26,767 nt of DNA from Flavobacteriaceae bacterium. Its GTDB lineage: Bacteria > Bacteroidota > Bacteroidia > Flavobacteriales > Flavobacteriaceae. Below the pieces are notes generated by a model. That model saw only the letters and a program-made list of their open reading frames with translations. It made no database searches and was not told the DNA's origin. The stretch spans positions 1 through 26,767 of the forward strand of contig WFZY01000029.1 of the NCBI GenBank assembly GCA_015489265.1, in the 5' to 3' direction. Of the stretch, positions 12,895 through 20,217 are shown piece by piece (position 1 is the first letter of the stretch; every line of letters begins with the position of its first letter). The position numbers were made by a program, and so were the translations under genes.

Positions 12895-12908
12895 TTTCTA
12901 AAATCGTT

Positions 12909-13349
12909 TTAATTAAAAGGATTATCACCTTCAACAGTTAAACCCATTGATCTTGCGGTTCCTGCGACCATACGCATAGCCGATTCAACATTAAATGCAT
13001 TTAAATCGGGCATCTTGTCTTCTGCAATTTGTCTGACTTGTTCCCAAGTGACACTGCCTACTTTTTTTCGGTTTGGTTCGCCGGATCCTTTTTTGATTTT
13101 AGCCGCTTCCAACAATTGGACGGCAGCGGGTGGCGTTTTAACGACAAAATCAAAAGATTTGTCTTTATAAACATTAATTGCTACAGGTAATACTTTACCC
13201 ATTTTGTCTTGCGTTCTGGCATTAAATTGCTTGCAAAACTCCATGATATTTACCCCTGCGGCACCTAATGCGGGTCCAACCGGTGGCGAAGGATTCGCTT
13301 GACCTCCCCGAATTTGTAATTTAATTACTTTACTTACTTCTTTTGCCAT
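12909..13349 (-). CDS. rplK: 50S ribosomal protein L11
   Basis: [30 protein letters not shown] and GTARSMG. Confidence 0.99.
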   Translation of the reverse strand: MAKEVSKVIKLQIRGGQANPSPPVGPALGAAGVNIMEFCKQFNARTQDKMGKVLPVAINVYKDKSFDFVVKTPPAAVQLLEAAKIKKGSGEPNRKKVGSVTWEQVRQIAEDKMPDLNAFNVESAMRMVAGTARSMGLTVEGDNPFN

Positions 13350-13367
13350 TTCTGATATGTTTTTTAC

Positions 13368-13401
13368 AAAAAAAACTATTATTTTGGAAGCTTAATAGTT
13401 T
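13368..13401 (-). promoter_or_regulatory. nusG-rplK intergenic hairpin with a U tail
   Basis: AAACTATTA (13373-13381) pairs with TAATAGTTT (13393-13401) around an 11-nt loop. The AU-rich stem runs into an 8-U tract on the minus strand. Confidence 0.45.
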
Positions 13402-13416
13402 AATATGCGTAACAGT

Positions 13417-13965
13417 TTATATTTTTTTTACTTCAAAATAACCTAATTCCAAAGGTGTTTTTCTTCCGAAAAATTTCACCATAACAGTTACTTTCTTTCT
13501 ATCTTTATTAACATCTTCAATCGTGCCTTCAAAACCCTTGAAAGGGCCATCAGTTACAGTAACCGAATCGCCCACTTTATAAGGTATCACAATATTGTCG
13601 TCATTCATAGCCAACTCGTCAATCTTACCGAGTATTCTATTGACTTCCTTTTTGCTTAACGGCATAGGGTCTCCCCCTTTAACACCGCTCAAGAAGCCCA
13701 TAACACCGGGAATTGATTTTACCACGTGTGGTAATTCTCCTGACAGATTGGCTTCCATATAAATATAACCGGGAAAAAGTGTTTTATCTTTTTGGATACG
13801 TTTTCCATTTCTGATTTGAACGACTTTTTCAGTAGGTACCAAAATATCTCCAACGTAATCTTCTAAATGGTTACGTTGAATTTCATTTTCAATGAGCTTT
13901 TGTATTTTGGCTTCCTTGCCGCTAATTACTTTAACGACATACCATTTTTTAACTTGATCACTCAT
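13417..13965 (-). CDS. nusG: Transcription termination/antitermination factor NusG
   Basis: WYVV...FPGY, KOW motif GDSVTVTDGPFKGFEG and FGRKTPLEL; lies between secE and rplK. Confidence 0.97.
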   Translation of the reverse strand: MSDQVKKWYVVKVISGKEAKIQKLIENEIQRNHLEDYVGDILVPTEKVVQIRNGKRIQKDKTLFPGYIYMEANLSGELPHVVKSIPGVMGFLSGVKGGDPMPLSKKEVNRILGKIDELAMNDDNIVIPYKVGDSVTVTDGPFKGFEGTIEDVNKDRKKVTVMVKFFGRKTPLELGYFEVKKI

Positions 13966-13971
13966 CTAATA

Positions 13972-14172
13972 TTAGATTTTTAACAGCTTATAATAAGCTT
14001 GCAATACATATCTGAATATGTAATCGACGATTCCGATAAAAATGGAAAATATTGCTGAGAAAACAGAGACTACAATTGTCATTTTATAAACCTCATCCCA
14101 TTTTGGCCATACGACATGTTTTACCAATTCTTCGTAAGCGCCTTTTACATATTCTACAAAATTTTTAAGCAT
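13972..14172 (-). CDS. secE: Preprotein translocase SecE (66 aa)
   Basis: AYEELVKHVVWPKW plus one transmembrane helix. The ORF-track start at 14232 lies inside tRNA-Trp, so ATG 14172 is preferred. Confidence 0.92.
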   Translation of the reverse strand: MLKNFVEYVKGAYEELVKHVVWPKWDEVYKMTIVVSVFSAIFSIFIGIVDYIFRYVLQAYYKLLKI

Positions 14173-14202
14173 TGCTATAATTTTAATATTAAAAATATTT
14201 TG

Positions 14203-14275
14203 CACGGGTGGAGAGACTCGAACTCCCGACACCCGGTTTTGGAGACCGGTGCTCTACCAACTGAGCTACACCCGT
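14203..14275 (-). tRNA. trnW: tRNA-Trp(CCA)
   Basis: Acceptor ACGGGTG/CACCCGT, anticodon arm CCGGT-CT CCA AA-ACCGG, T loop TTCGAGT. The CCA tail is not encoded. Confidence 0.97.
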
Positions 14276-14310
14276 TTGTGAGGAGATTTTAGTTCCCCTA
14301 ATTTATAGAG

Positions 14311-14340
14311 AATTTGAAGCCCGAATTCGGGCTTCAAATT
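14311..14340. repeat. Perfect 30-bp palindrome after tuf
   Basis: AATTTGAAGCCCGAATTCGGGCTTCAAATT equals its own reverse complement. As RNA it gives a 13-bp stem with a 4-nt loop. Confidence 0.9.
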
Positions 14341-14367
14341 TCTTATACTTATATTATTAGAACTGAT

Positions 14368-15555
14368 TTAGTCTAAAATTTCAGTTACCTGACCGGCACC
14401 AACTGTTCTACCACCTTCACGAATTGCAAAACGCAAACCTTTGTTGATAGCTACAGGGTAAATCAATTCAACTTCAATAGTTAAGTTATCACCTGGTAAT
14501 ACCATTTCAACACCCTCCGGCAAATGAATTTCACCTGTAACGTCTGTTGTTCTTAAATAGAACTGCGGGCGATAATTATTATGGAATGGTGTATGACGAC
14601 CACCTTCTTCTTTTTTCAAAATATAAACTTCAGCTTTGAATTTTTTATGAGGTGTAATCGTTCCGGGAGCAGCGATAACCATACCACGACGGATTTGGTT
14701 TTTATCAATACCACGTAACAACAAACCTACGTTATCACCGGCTTCACCTCTATCCAAAATTTTACGGAACATTTCAACTCCAGTTACAACTGAAGTTAAT
14801 TTTTCGTTGCTGATACCTAAAATTTCAACAGGATCACCTGTATTGATAACACCGGTTTCAATACGACCGGTAGCAACAGTTCCACGACCGGTAATTGAGA
14901 ATACATCTTCGATAGGCATCAAGAAAGGTTTGTCTGTATCTCTTTCGGGTTCAGGAATCCATTCATCAACAGCATCCATTAATTCTTCAACTGTTTTAAC
15001 CCATTTTTCTTCACCGTTTAAGGCACCTAAAGCAGAACCTTGAATAACAGGGGTATTATCACCGTCGTATTCATAGAAACTCAATAAATCACGAATTTCC
15101 ATATCAACTAATTCCAATAATTCTTCATCGTCAACCATATCCACCTTGTTCATGAATACAACGATTTTAGGCACACCTACTTGACGTGCTAAAAGAATAT
15201 GTTCACGAGTTTGAGGCATAGGACCATCAGTAGCAGCAACTACTAAAATAGCACCGTCCATTTGAGCAGCACCTGTTACCATGTTTTTAACGTAGTCGGC
15301 GTGACCGGGACAGTCAACGTGTGCGTAGTGTCTTTTATCAGTTTGATATTCTACGTGAGCTGTGTTAATGGTAATCCCTCTTTCTTTTTCTTCGGGAGCA
15401 TTATCAATAGCATCAAAGTCTTTTTTTTCAGCAAGACCTTTTTTTGCTAAAACTTCTGTAATTGCAGCGGTCAATGTAGTTTTACCGTGGTCAACGTGAC
15501 CAATGGTACCTATATTAACGTGCGGTTTGGTTCTTTCGAATTTTTCTTTAGCCAT
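14368..15555 (-). CDS. tuf: Elongation factor Tu
   Basis: [29 protein letters not shown] and [10 protein letters not shown]. Confidence 0.99.
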   Translation of the reverse strand: MAKEKFERTKPHVNIGTIGHVDHGKTTLTAAITEVLAKKGLAEKKDFDAIDNAPEEKERGITINTAHVEYQTDKRHYAHVDCPGHADYVKNMVTGAAQMDGAILVVAATDGPMPQTREHILLARQVGVPKIVVFMNKVDMVDDEELLELVDMEIRDLLSFYEYDGDNTPVIQGSALGALNGEEKWVKTVEELMDAVDEWIPEPERDTDKPFLMPIEDVFSITGRGTVATGRIETGVINTGDPVEILGISNEKLTSVVTGVEMFRKILDRGEAGDNVGLLLRGIDKNQIRRGMVIAAPGTITPHKKFKAEVYILKKEEGGRHTPFHNNYRPQFYLRTTDVTGEIHLPEGVEMVLPGDNLTIEVELIYPVAINKGLRFAIREGGRTVGAGQVTEILD

Positions 15556-15604
15556 AATACTAATTTTTAATCTTTATTTTTTTACTTTATTAAGCTCTCC
15601 TTAG

Positions 15605-15676
15605 AGCCAATGACGGGATTTGAACCCGTGACCTCTTCCTTACCAAGGAAGCGCTCTACCCCTGAGCTACATCGGC
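15605..15676 (-). tRNA. trnT: tRNA-Thr(GGT)
   Basis: Acceptor GCCGATG/CATTGGC, anticodon arm CTTCC-TT GGT AA-GGAAG; CCA not encoded. Confidence 0.96.
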
Positions 15677-15681
15677 CTTGA

Positions 15682-15758
<77 letters not shown>

Positions 15759-15825
15759 AATAAGCTGTATTTAAGCTTTCGATTGCCGAAGCACCCGAAC
15801 GCTGTCGGGAGAGCCACTCCCAGAG

Positions 15826-15906
<81 letters not shown>

Positions 15907-15929
15907 ATATTTTCATTATTTCAATCAAG

Positions 15930-16003
15930 AGCCGATGGAGGGACTCGAACCCACGACCTGCTGATTACAAATCAGCTGCTCTAGCCAGCTGAGCTACATC
16001 GGC
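15930..16003 (-). tRNA. trnT: tRNA-Thr(TGT)
   Basis: Acceptor GCCGATG/CATCGGC, anticodon arm GCTGA-TT TGT AA-TCAGC. It is the first gene of the canonical Thr-Tyr-Gly-Thr-tuf cluster. Confidence 0.97.
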
Positions 16004-16025
16004 ATCGCGCTCTTGTAACGGTTTG

Positions 16026-16056
16026 CAAATTTATAAACAAATTTTTAAACTGCAAA
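16026..16056 (-). promoter_or_regulatory. Proximal promoter of the tRNA-tuf operon
   Basis: TTTG (16056-16053), 19-nt spacer, TAAATTTG (16033-16026): a full match to the Bacteroidota TTTG-N19-21-TAnnTTTG consensus. Confidence 0.85.
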
Positions 16057-16106
16057 GAAAAAAAATGGATTTTTTTTAAATATTTTTCATCCGTTTTTTG
16101 CACTGG

Positions 16107-16138
16107 CAAAGGTAATAGATTAATTATATAACACCAAA
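16107..16138 (-). promoter_or_regulatory. Distal promoter of the tRNA-tuf operon
   Basis: TTTG (16138-16135), 20-nt spacer, TACCTTTG (16114-16107): also a full consensus match. Confidence 0.75.
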
Positions 16139-16222
16139 TTAAAATTTTATTAATTATTCATTTTTTTTACATATTTATACATTAAATATATTATAAATGA
16201 TAATGTCTATTAAAATTGTTTT

Positions 16223-17137
16223 TTATAGAAGCTGATAAGACCTTTCCTTAACCGCTGCTGCCCATTCATGCCGCGACTTACTATCATCAAAAGTTTGCCA
16301 AGGAATAGGTTTGCCAAAAATAATTTTAATCGTTTGGTTTCTTTTTTTTAGCAATTCGCGTGAGAGCCAAAATAATTCAATGTTAGCTTTTATACCCAGT
16401 TTACGACGCCAAGTAGCTACCCGATAAAAAATTTTGGAATTTTCGGTTGGGATATAAAACGGCACTACATCTTTGTGATATTTCCGGGCATACCGCACAA
16501 ATCCGCTACGCCATAAACCGTCATCGGGCTTACCGTTATATTTGCGCATCACTTCGCCCGAAGGAAACATGGTAACCGGCACGCTATTGTCCGACAAACG
16601 GTCTTCTAACAGTTGCCGGTCTTTTTCAGTGATTTTACCAAACACGTTTATCGGGACCAAAATACCGGACAAAGGTTTAACCGCCATCAACACCTCGTTA
16701 GCCGGATGATTGATGCGGGTAAATCCGGCTTGTTTTAACGCATGCACCAAAACAAAAAAATCCAAACCGCCCAAAGCATGATTGCCAACAAAAATCAAAT
16801 TGGTTTGCTTTGGAATATTTTCAAGCCCGACCACTTCAAATTTCAAATTCATTTCCTTGTTAATCGCTTCTACAAAATCAAAGTCTTTCAGATGTGATGT
16901 TTTTCGAAGCAATTCGTTCAATTCCTTTTCTTTGACCCACCACCGGATTAAATTGATTACAAATCCCGGCATATTGGCTACGGTTTTGTTTTTTTGTGAA
17001 CGGATAATTTTTTTGATGTCTATTTGAATAGGTTGCGAAAGTAAAGGTAGGTTGCTGAGTGTCCCGTCCTTCGCGGGGCGGGATGTATCGAAGCGACCGG
17101 TGTTTTTTTGAGGAATTGAAAAATTATTCTGCTTCAT
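16223..17137 (-). CDS. PlsC/LPLAT-family acyltransferase, resembling Bacteroidota amino-lipid O-acyltransferases
   Basis: Catalytic NHALGGLD (HX4D), MFPSG block, and a family-like C-terminus GKPIPWQTFD..KS..EWA. It has an N-terminal extension of about 37 aa before IDIKKII. Confidence 0.8.
   Translation of the reverse strand: MKQNNFSIPQKNTGRFDTSRPAKDGTLSNLPLLSQPIQIDIKKIIRSQKNKTVANMPGFVINLIRWWVKEKELNELLRKTSHLKDFDFVEAINKEMNLKFEVVGLENIPKQTNLIFVGNHALGGLDFFVLVHALKQAGFTRINHPANEVLMAVKPLSGILVPINVFGKITEKDRQLLEDRLSDNSVPVTMFPSGEVMRKYNGKPDDGLWRSGFVRYARKYHKDVVPFYIPTENSKIFYRVATWRRKLGIKANIELFWLSRELLKKRNQTIKIIFGKPIPWQTFDDSKSRHEWAAAVKERSYQLL
17050..17098 (+). repeat. Palindromic structured element, copy 1 (Flavo-1-like, K-turn topology), inside the acyltransferase 5' end
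   Basis: GGTTGCT-GAGTG-TCCCGTCC-TTCGCG-GGGCGGGA-TGTATCGA-AGCGACC; it shares its core with copy 2. Confidence 0.75.
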
Positions 17138-17354
17138 AGAATTTTTATTTTTTGATAATTACTCATTACTACATACTAAAATCCTGCTTTTAATTTGAGG
17201 AAATAAGGAATCTTTGGAATATCAAACAAGGAACGCTGATTTTAGATTTCAGAATTATTTGTTACAAAAAAACAGAACTTTTGTTAAAAACGTCATGCTT
17301 TCTTAAATCAGCCTGTCCGTACTATTGTCGGGGGTATTTGGTGATATGGTTATT

Positions 17355-17589
17355 TGATGTCCGATGTGTTTTTTATTTCAGATTTTCGATTTTTTAGAAA
17401 TTCTGTCAAAACGCCTCTTATCAATTTTCAATTCAGATGCACTGGTCGTGCATTTCTACGCACTTTCCACTTGGGACTAGGCAATTCCTACAAAAAAAAA
17501 TCTAAACTTTTAATCCGGTCACTTCGGTACAATTTTGATCGTGCCTCACAAAATCACTCAGTGACCTACACTCTGCACTTGGCACTTTG
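17355..17589. repeat. Degenerate 7-nt-period mini-arrays
   Basis: TGATGTC-CGATGTG (17355), ATTTCAG-ATTTTCG-ATTTTTT (17375), TCAATTT-TCAATTC (17421), CACTTTC-CACTTGG-GACTAGG-CAATTCC (17461) and CACTCTG-CACTTGG-CACTTTG (17569). Confidence 0.55.
17517..17566 (-). repeat. Palindromic structured element, copy 2 (Flavo-1-like), downstream of trmB
   Basis: Minus strand GGTCACT-GAGTG-ATTTTG-N11-CAAAAT-TGTACCGA-AGTGACC, with a perfect 7-bp outer stem and a 6-bp inner stem. Confidence 0.8.
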
Positions 17590-17599
17590 TTGCTTTCCA

Positions 17600-18274
17600 C
17601 TAACGCAATCTAAACTTTAAATACGTAATGGACTTGCCTTGCGCCAAAAACTGTTTTTCATAAAATGTCTGCACTTCGACAACTTCCTTTGGTGCTTCCG
17701 TGTTTTTATAAATATCGTGATGTGCCATCAAAATCTCTTGTCCCAAACCTTGTAATAATCCGATGGTATAACCGTGCAAAAATTCGCTATCGGTTTTGAG
17801 ATGTATCAAGCCGTTTGCTTTCAAAATATGTTTATACCGCTTTAAAAATTCCGGATTGGTCAAACGGTGTTTCATACGTTTGTATTTGATTTGCGGGTCC
17901 GGAAAAGTTATCCATATTTCTGAAATTTCGCCGAATGCAAAAGCATTTTCTATTAACTCAATTTGCATTCTGATAAAAGCAACATTATGACGTTGTTCTT
18001 GCAAGGCGGTCTTGGCACCACGCCAAATCCGGGCACCTTTGATATCTATACCTATAAAATTTTTATCGGGATATCGTTCCGATAATGCCAAAGTATATTC
18101 ACCTTTGCCACAACCCAATTCTAAAACTATCGGATGGTCGTTTTTGAAATAATCTTTGTTCCAACGACCTTTCATCTTAAATTGGTCCGCCAATAAAGTT
18201 TCCCGTGACGGCTGAAACAGGTTGGAAAAAGTCTCATTTTCCTTAAATCGTTTTAATTTGTTTTTACTCCCCAC
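17600..18274 (-). CDS. trmB: tRNA (guanine-N7)-methyltransferase
   Basis: GTG start MGSKNKLKRF, SAM motif LELGCGKGEY, GIDIKGAR, FPDPQ and HLKTD. Confidence 0.95.
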   Translation of the reverse strand: MGSKNKLKRFKENETFSNLFQPSRETLLADQFKMKGRWNKDYFKNDHPIVLELGCGKGEYTLALSERYPDKNFIGIDIKGARIWRGAKTALQEQRHNVAFIRMQIELIENAFAFGEISEIWITFPDPQIKYKRMKHRLTNPEFLKRYKHILKANGLIHLKTDSEFLHGYTIGLLQGLGQEILMAHHDIYKNTEAPKEVVEVQTFYEKQFLAQGKSITYLKFRLR

Positions 18275-18295
18275 TTTTTCTTAATTTTAACGACA

Positions 18296-18324
18296 CAAAA
18301 ATAGGCAATAATGCGCCAATCAAA
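18296..18324 (-). promoter_or_regulatory. Likely trmB promoter overlapping the divergent gene start
   Basis: TATTTTTG (18303-18296), with TTTG 17 nt upstream, slightly short spacing. Only 36 bp separate the two divergent starts. Confidence 0.5.
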
Positions 18325-19336
18325 AAATATTTTAATAGCACCGCTCAACTGGGGACTGGGACATGCCGCCCGTTGCATCCCCATCATCAAAGATTTACAG
18401 CGGCAAGGACATCATATCATCATCGCTTCCGATGGCGGCGCCTTAAAATTATTACAGGAAGAATTTCCGCAATTGGAATTTGAAAAACTGCCCGCCTATA
18501 ACATTACTTATGCCAAAATATCGTGGTTGAACCGGTGGCATTTGCTCAAACAATTACCGCATATTATCCGGACGATGAAACAAGAACGTCAATTGACATA
18601 CCAACTCATCAAAAAATATGATTTAGATCTGATTATTTCGGATAATCGTTTCGGGGTTTATTCAAAAGACGTTAAATCGGTTTATATCACGCATCAACTC
18701 AAAGTTTTATCCGGTTGGGCGACTAAAATAACGACTTGGTTTCACGCCAAAATTTACAAGAAATACGATGAAATTTGGGTGCCGGATGTAGCAGGTAAAC
18801 CGAATTTGAGCGGCAAATTGGGACATTTTTCCAAAATAAATAATGATAAAATCAAATATATCGGTATTTTGAGCCGGATGACAGCAAAAGCATTACCTAA
18901 AAAATATGATGTCTTAGCCATTCTCTCCGGACCGGAACCACAACGCAGTCAATTGGAAAAAATATTGTTAAAGCAATTTAAAACATTAGACCTGAAAACC
19001 GGCATAATTCGTGGTATCGTCAGCAAGAATAAAAACGTTGAAAATCAACATAATACAACAATATATAATTATGTTACCGGCAAGGAATTGGAACAACTGG
19101 TCAATCAATCAGAAGCCGTTATTTGCCGTTCGGGATATACGTCGGTGATGGATATGGCAAGTATGCACAAAAAAGTGCTGATGATACCGACGCCCGGACA
19201 AGATGAACAGCAATATTTGGCACAACATTTAGCCGAAATTTTTCAAATAAAAATAGTAGAACAAAAACATTTATGGATAGATTTTGATGTATTAAATCAA
19301 TTAACTCATCTTAATTTACCAAAAGACCAATCTTAA
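18311..19336 (+). CDS. GT-B glycosyltransferase, GT28/MurG-like family, substrate unknown
   Basis: APLNWGLGHAARC, LSGPEPQR, CRSGYTSVMD and PTPGQDEQ. Confidence 0.8.
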   Translation: MRQSKNILIAPLNWGLGHAARCIPIIKDLQRQGHHIIIASDGGALKLLQEEFPQLEFEKLPAYNITYAKISWLNRWHLLKQLPHIIRTMKQERQLTYQLIKKYDLDLIISDNRFGVYSKDVKSVYITHQLKVLSGWATKITTWFHAKIYKKYDEIWVPDVAGKPNLSGKLGHFSKINNDKIKYIGILSRMTAKALPKKYDVLAILSGPEPQRSQLEKILLKQFKTLDLKTGIIRGIVSKNKNVENQHNTTIYNYVTGKELEQLVNQSEAVICRSGYTSVMDMASMHKKVLMIPTPGQDEQQYLAQHLAEIFQIKIVEQKHLWIDFDVLNQLTHLNLPKDQS

Positions 19337-20217
19337 AAGTGCTTTTGAATTAATCCGGCTAAAAATTGCGCAAAGTCCGGATGGTCATTTAAACAATTAA
19401 CTACTTGATAATCTTTTATTTGAAAATGCTTAGCTATTTCAGCATATTCGATTTTCAGTTCAAAATCGGTTTCGGAATTGTCTATCAAAAACGAAATGGG
19501 ATAAATTACCACCTTTTCGTTTTTAAAACCCGCTAAAACTTCTTCCAAATAAGGTTTTTGCCATTTTACCGGACCTAAACGGGACTGAAAACCCACCGAA
19601 ATGGACTTAAAATCACCCAGTAAATTTTTTAATATCTCAACGTGTTCATAAATCTGTTTCACATAAGGGTCACCCTTTTTGATAATGTATTGCGGCAATC
19701 CGTGCGCCGAAAAAATCAAATGATAATCTGACGGTGTTTTAATTTGACTTAAAATGGTATTTTTTATCAACAAATTATAAGCCGGTTCCTTGTAGAAAGC
19801 CGGTACCATCTTGATATTTCCTTTAAAATTCAAGGATTCTATTTCATCTAAAATACTACCGGTGGTGGTAGTGGAATAATGCGGATACATCGGTACTACC
19901 AATACTTCATCATAAGTATCGGTTACATCTTGCAGATAAGGTTTGGTGTAGCGCATACTCAACGCTACATCATAATCCGTTAAAACTTTCAGACGTTTTA
20001 CCAGTTTTTCCGTCCAAGCATATATGGCACTGCCACCGATTTTTTCATAGTTTTTCCAAACTTTTTTATAGCGAAAATTGGAAAGCACAATTGACAAGGG
20101 AAACCTTACAAGTCCGGGAATAATCCGTTTGTCCCTAAACATATTTTTTAGAAATAATTTCAATTCGGCGGGTGTTCCGGCACCGCCCATATTGGATAAA
20201 ACCACGAGCTTTTTCAT
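19333..20217 (-). CDS. hemH: Ferrochelatase
   Basis: NMGG, PMYPHYSTTT, FSAHGLP, FQSRLGPVKW and SFLIDNSET. ATG 20217 overlaps the upstream TGA; the ORF track starts at TTG 20220. Confidence 0.95.
   Translation of the reverse strand: MKKLVVLSNMGGAGTPAELKLFLKNMFRDKRIIPGLVRFPLSIVLSNFRYKKVWKNYEKIGGSAIYAWTEKLVKRLKVLTDYDVALSMRYTKPYLQDVTDTYDEVLVVPMYPHYSTTTTGSILDEIESLNFKGNIKMVPAFYKEPAYNLLIKNTILSQIKTPSDYHLIFSAHGLPQYIIKKGDPYVKQIYEHVEILKNLLGDFKSISVGFQSRLGPVKWQKPYLEEVLAGFKNEKVVIYPISFLIDNSETDFELKIEYAEIAKHFQIKDYQVVNCLNDHPDFAQFLAGLIQKHF

Noticed and set aside
14173-14232. N-terminal extension of SecE in the ORF track
   Set aside because: It overlaps tRNA-Trp, so it is an artefact of choosing the longest ORF.
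16196-16211. Fur-box-like AATGATAATGTCTATT
   Set aside because: Only half matches, it lies in very AT-rich DNA, and it is not upstream of an iron-related gene.
17134-17166. 10-codon upstream ORF whose TGA overlaps the acyltransferase ATG
   Set aside because: Such short ORFs are expected by chance and nothing else supports it.
17311-17334. GC-rich patch GCCTGTCCGTACTATTGTCGGGGG sharing TGTCGGG with the Tyr-Gly spacer
   Set aside because: Only a short bulged stem and a 7-nt match, too weak to call a third repeat family.
17354-17620. 88-aa plus-strand ORF in the spacer
   Set aside because: It is made of heptamer arrays and the palindromic element, overlaps the trmB end, and has no protein-like features.
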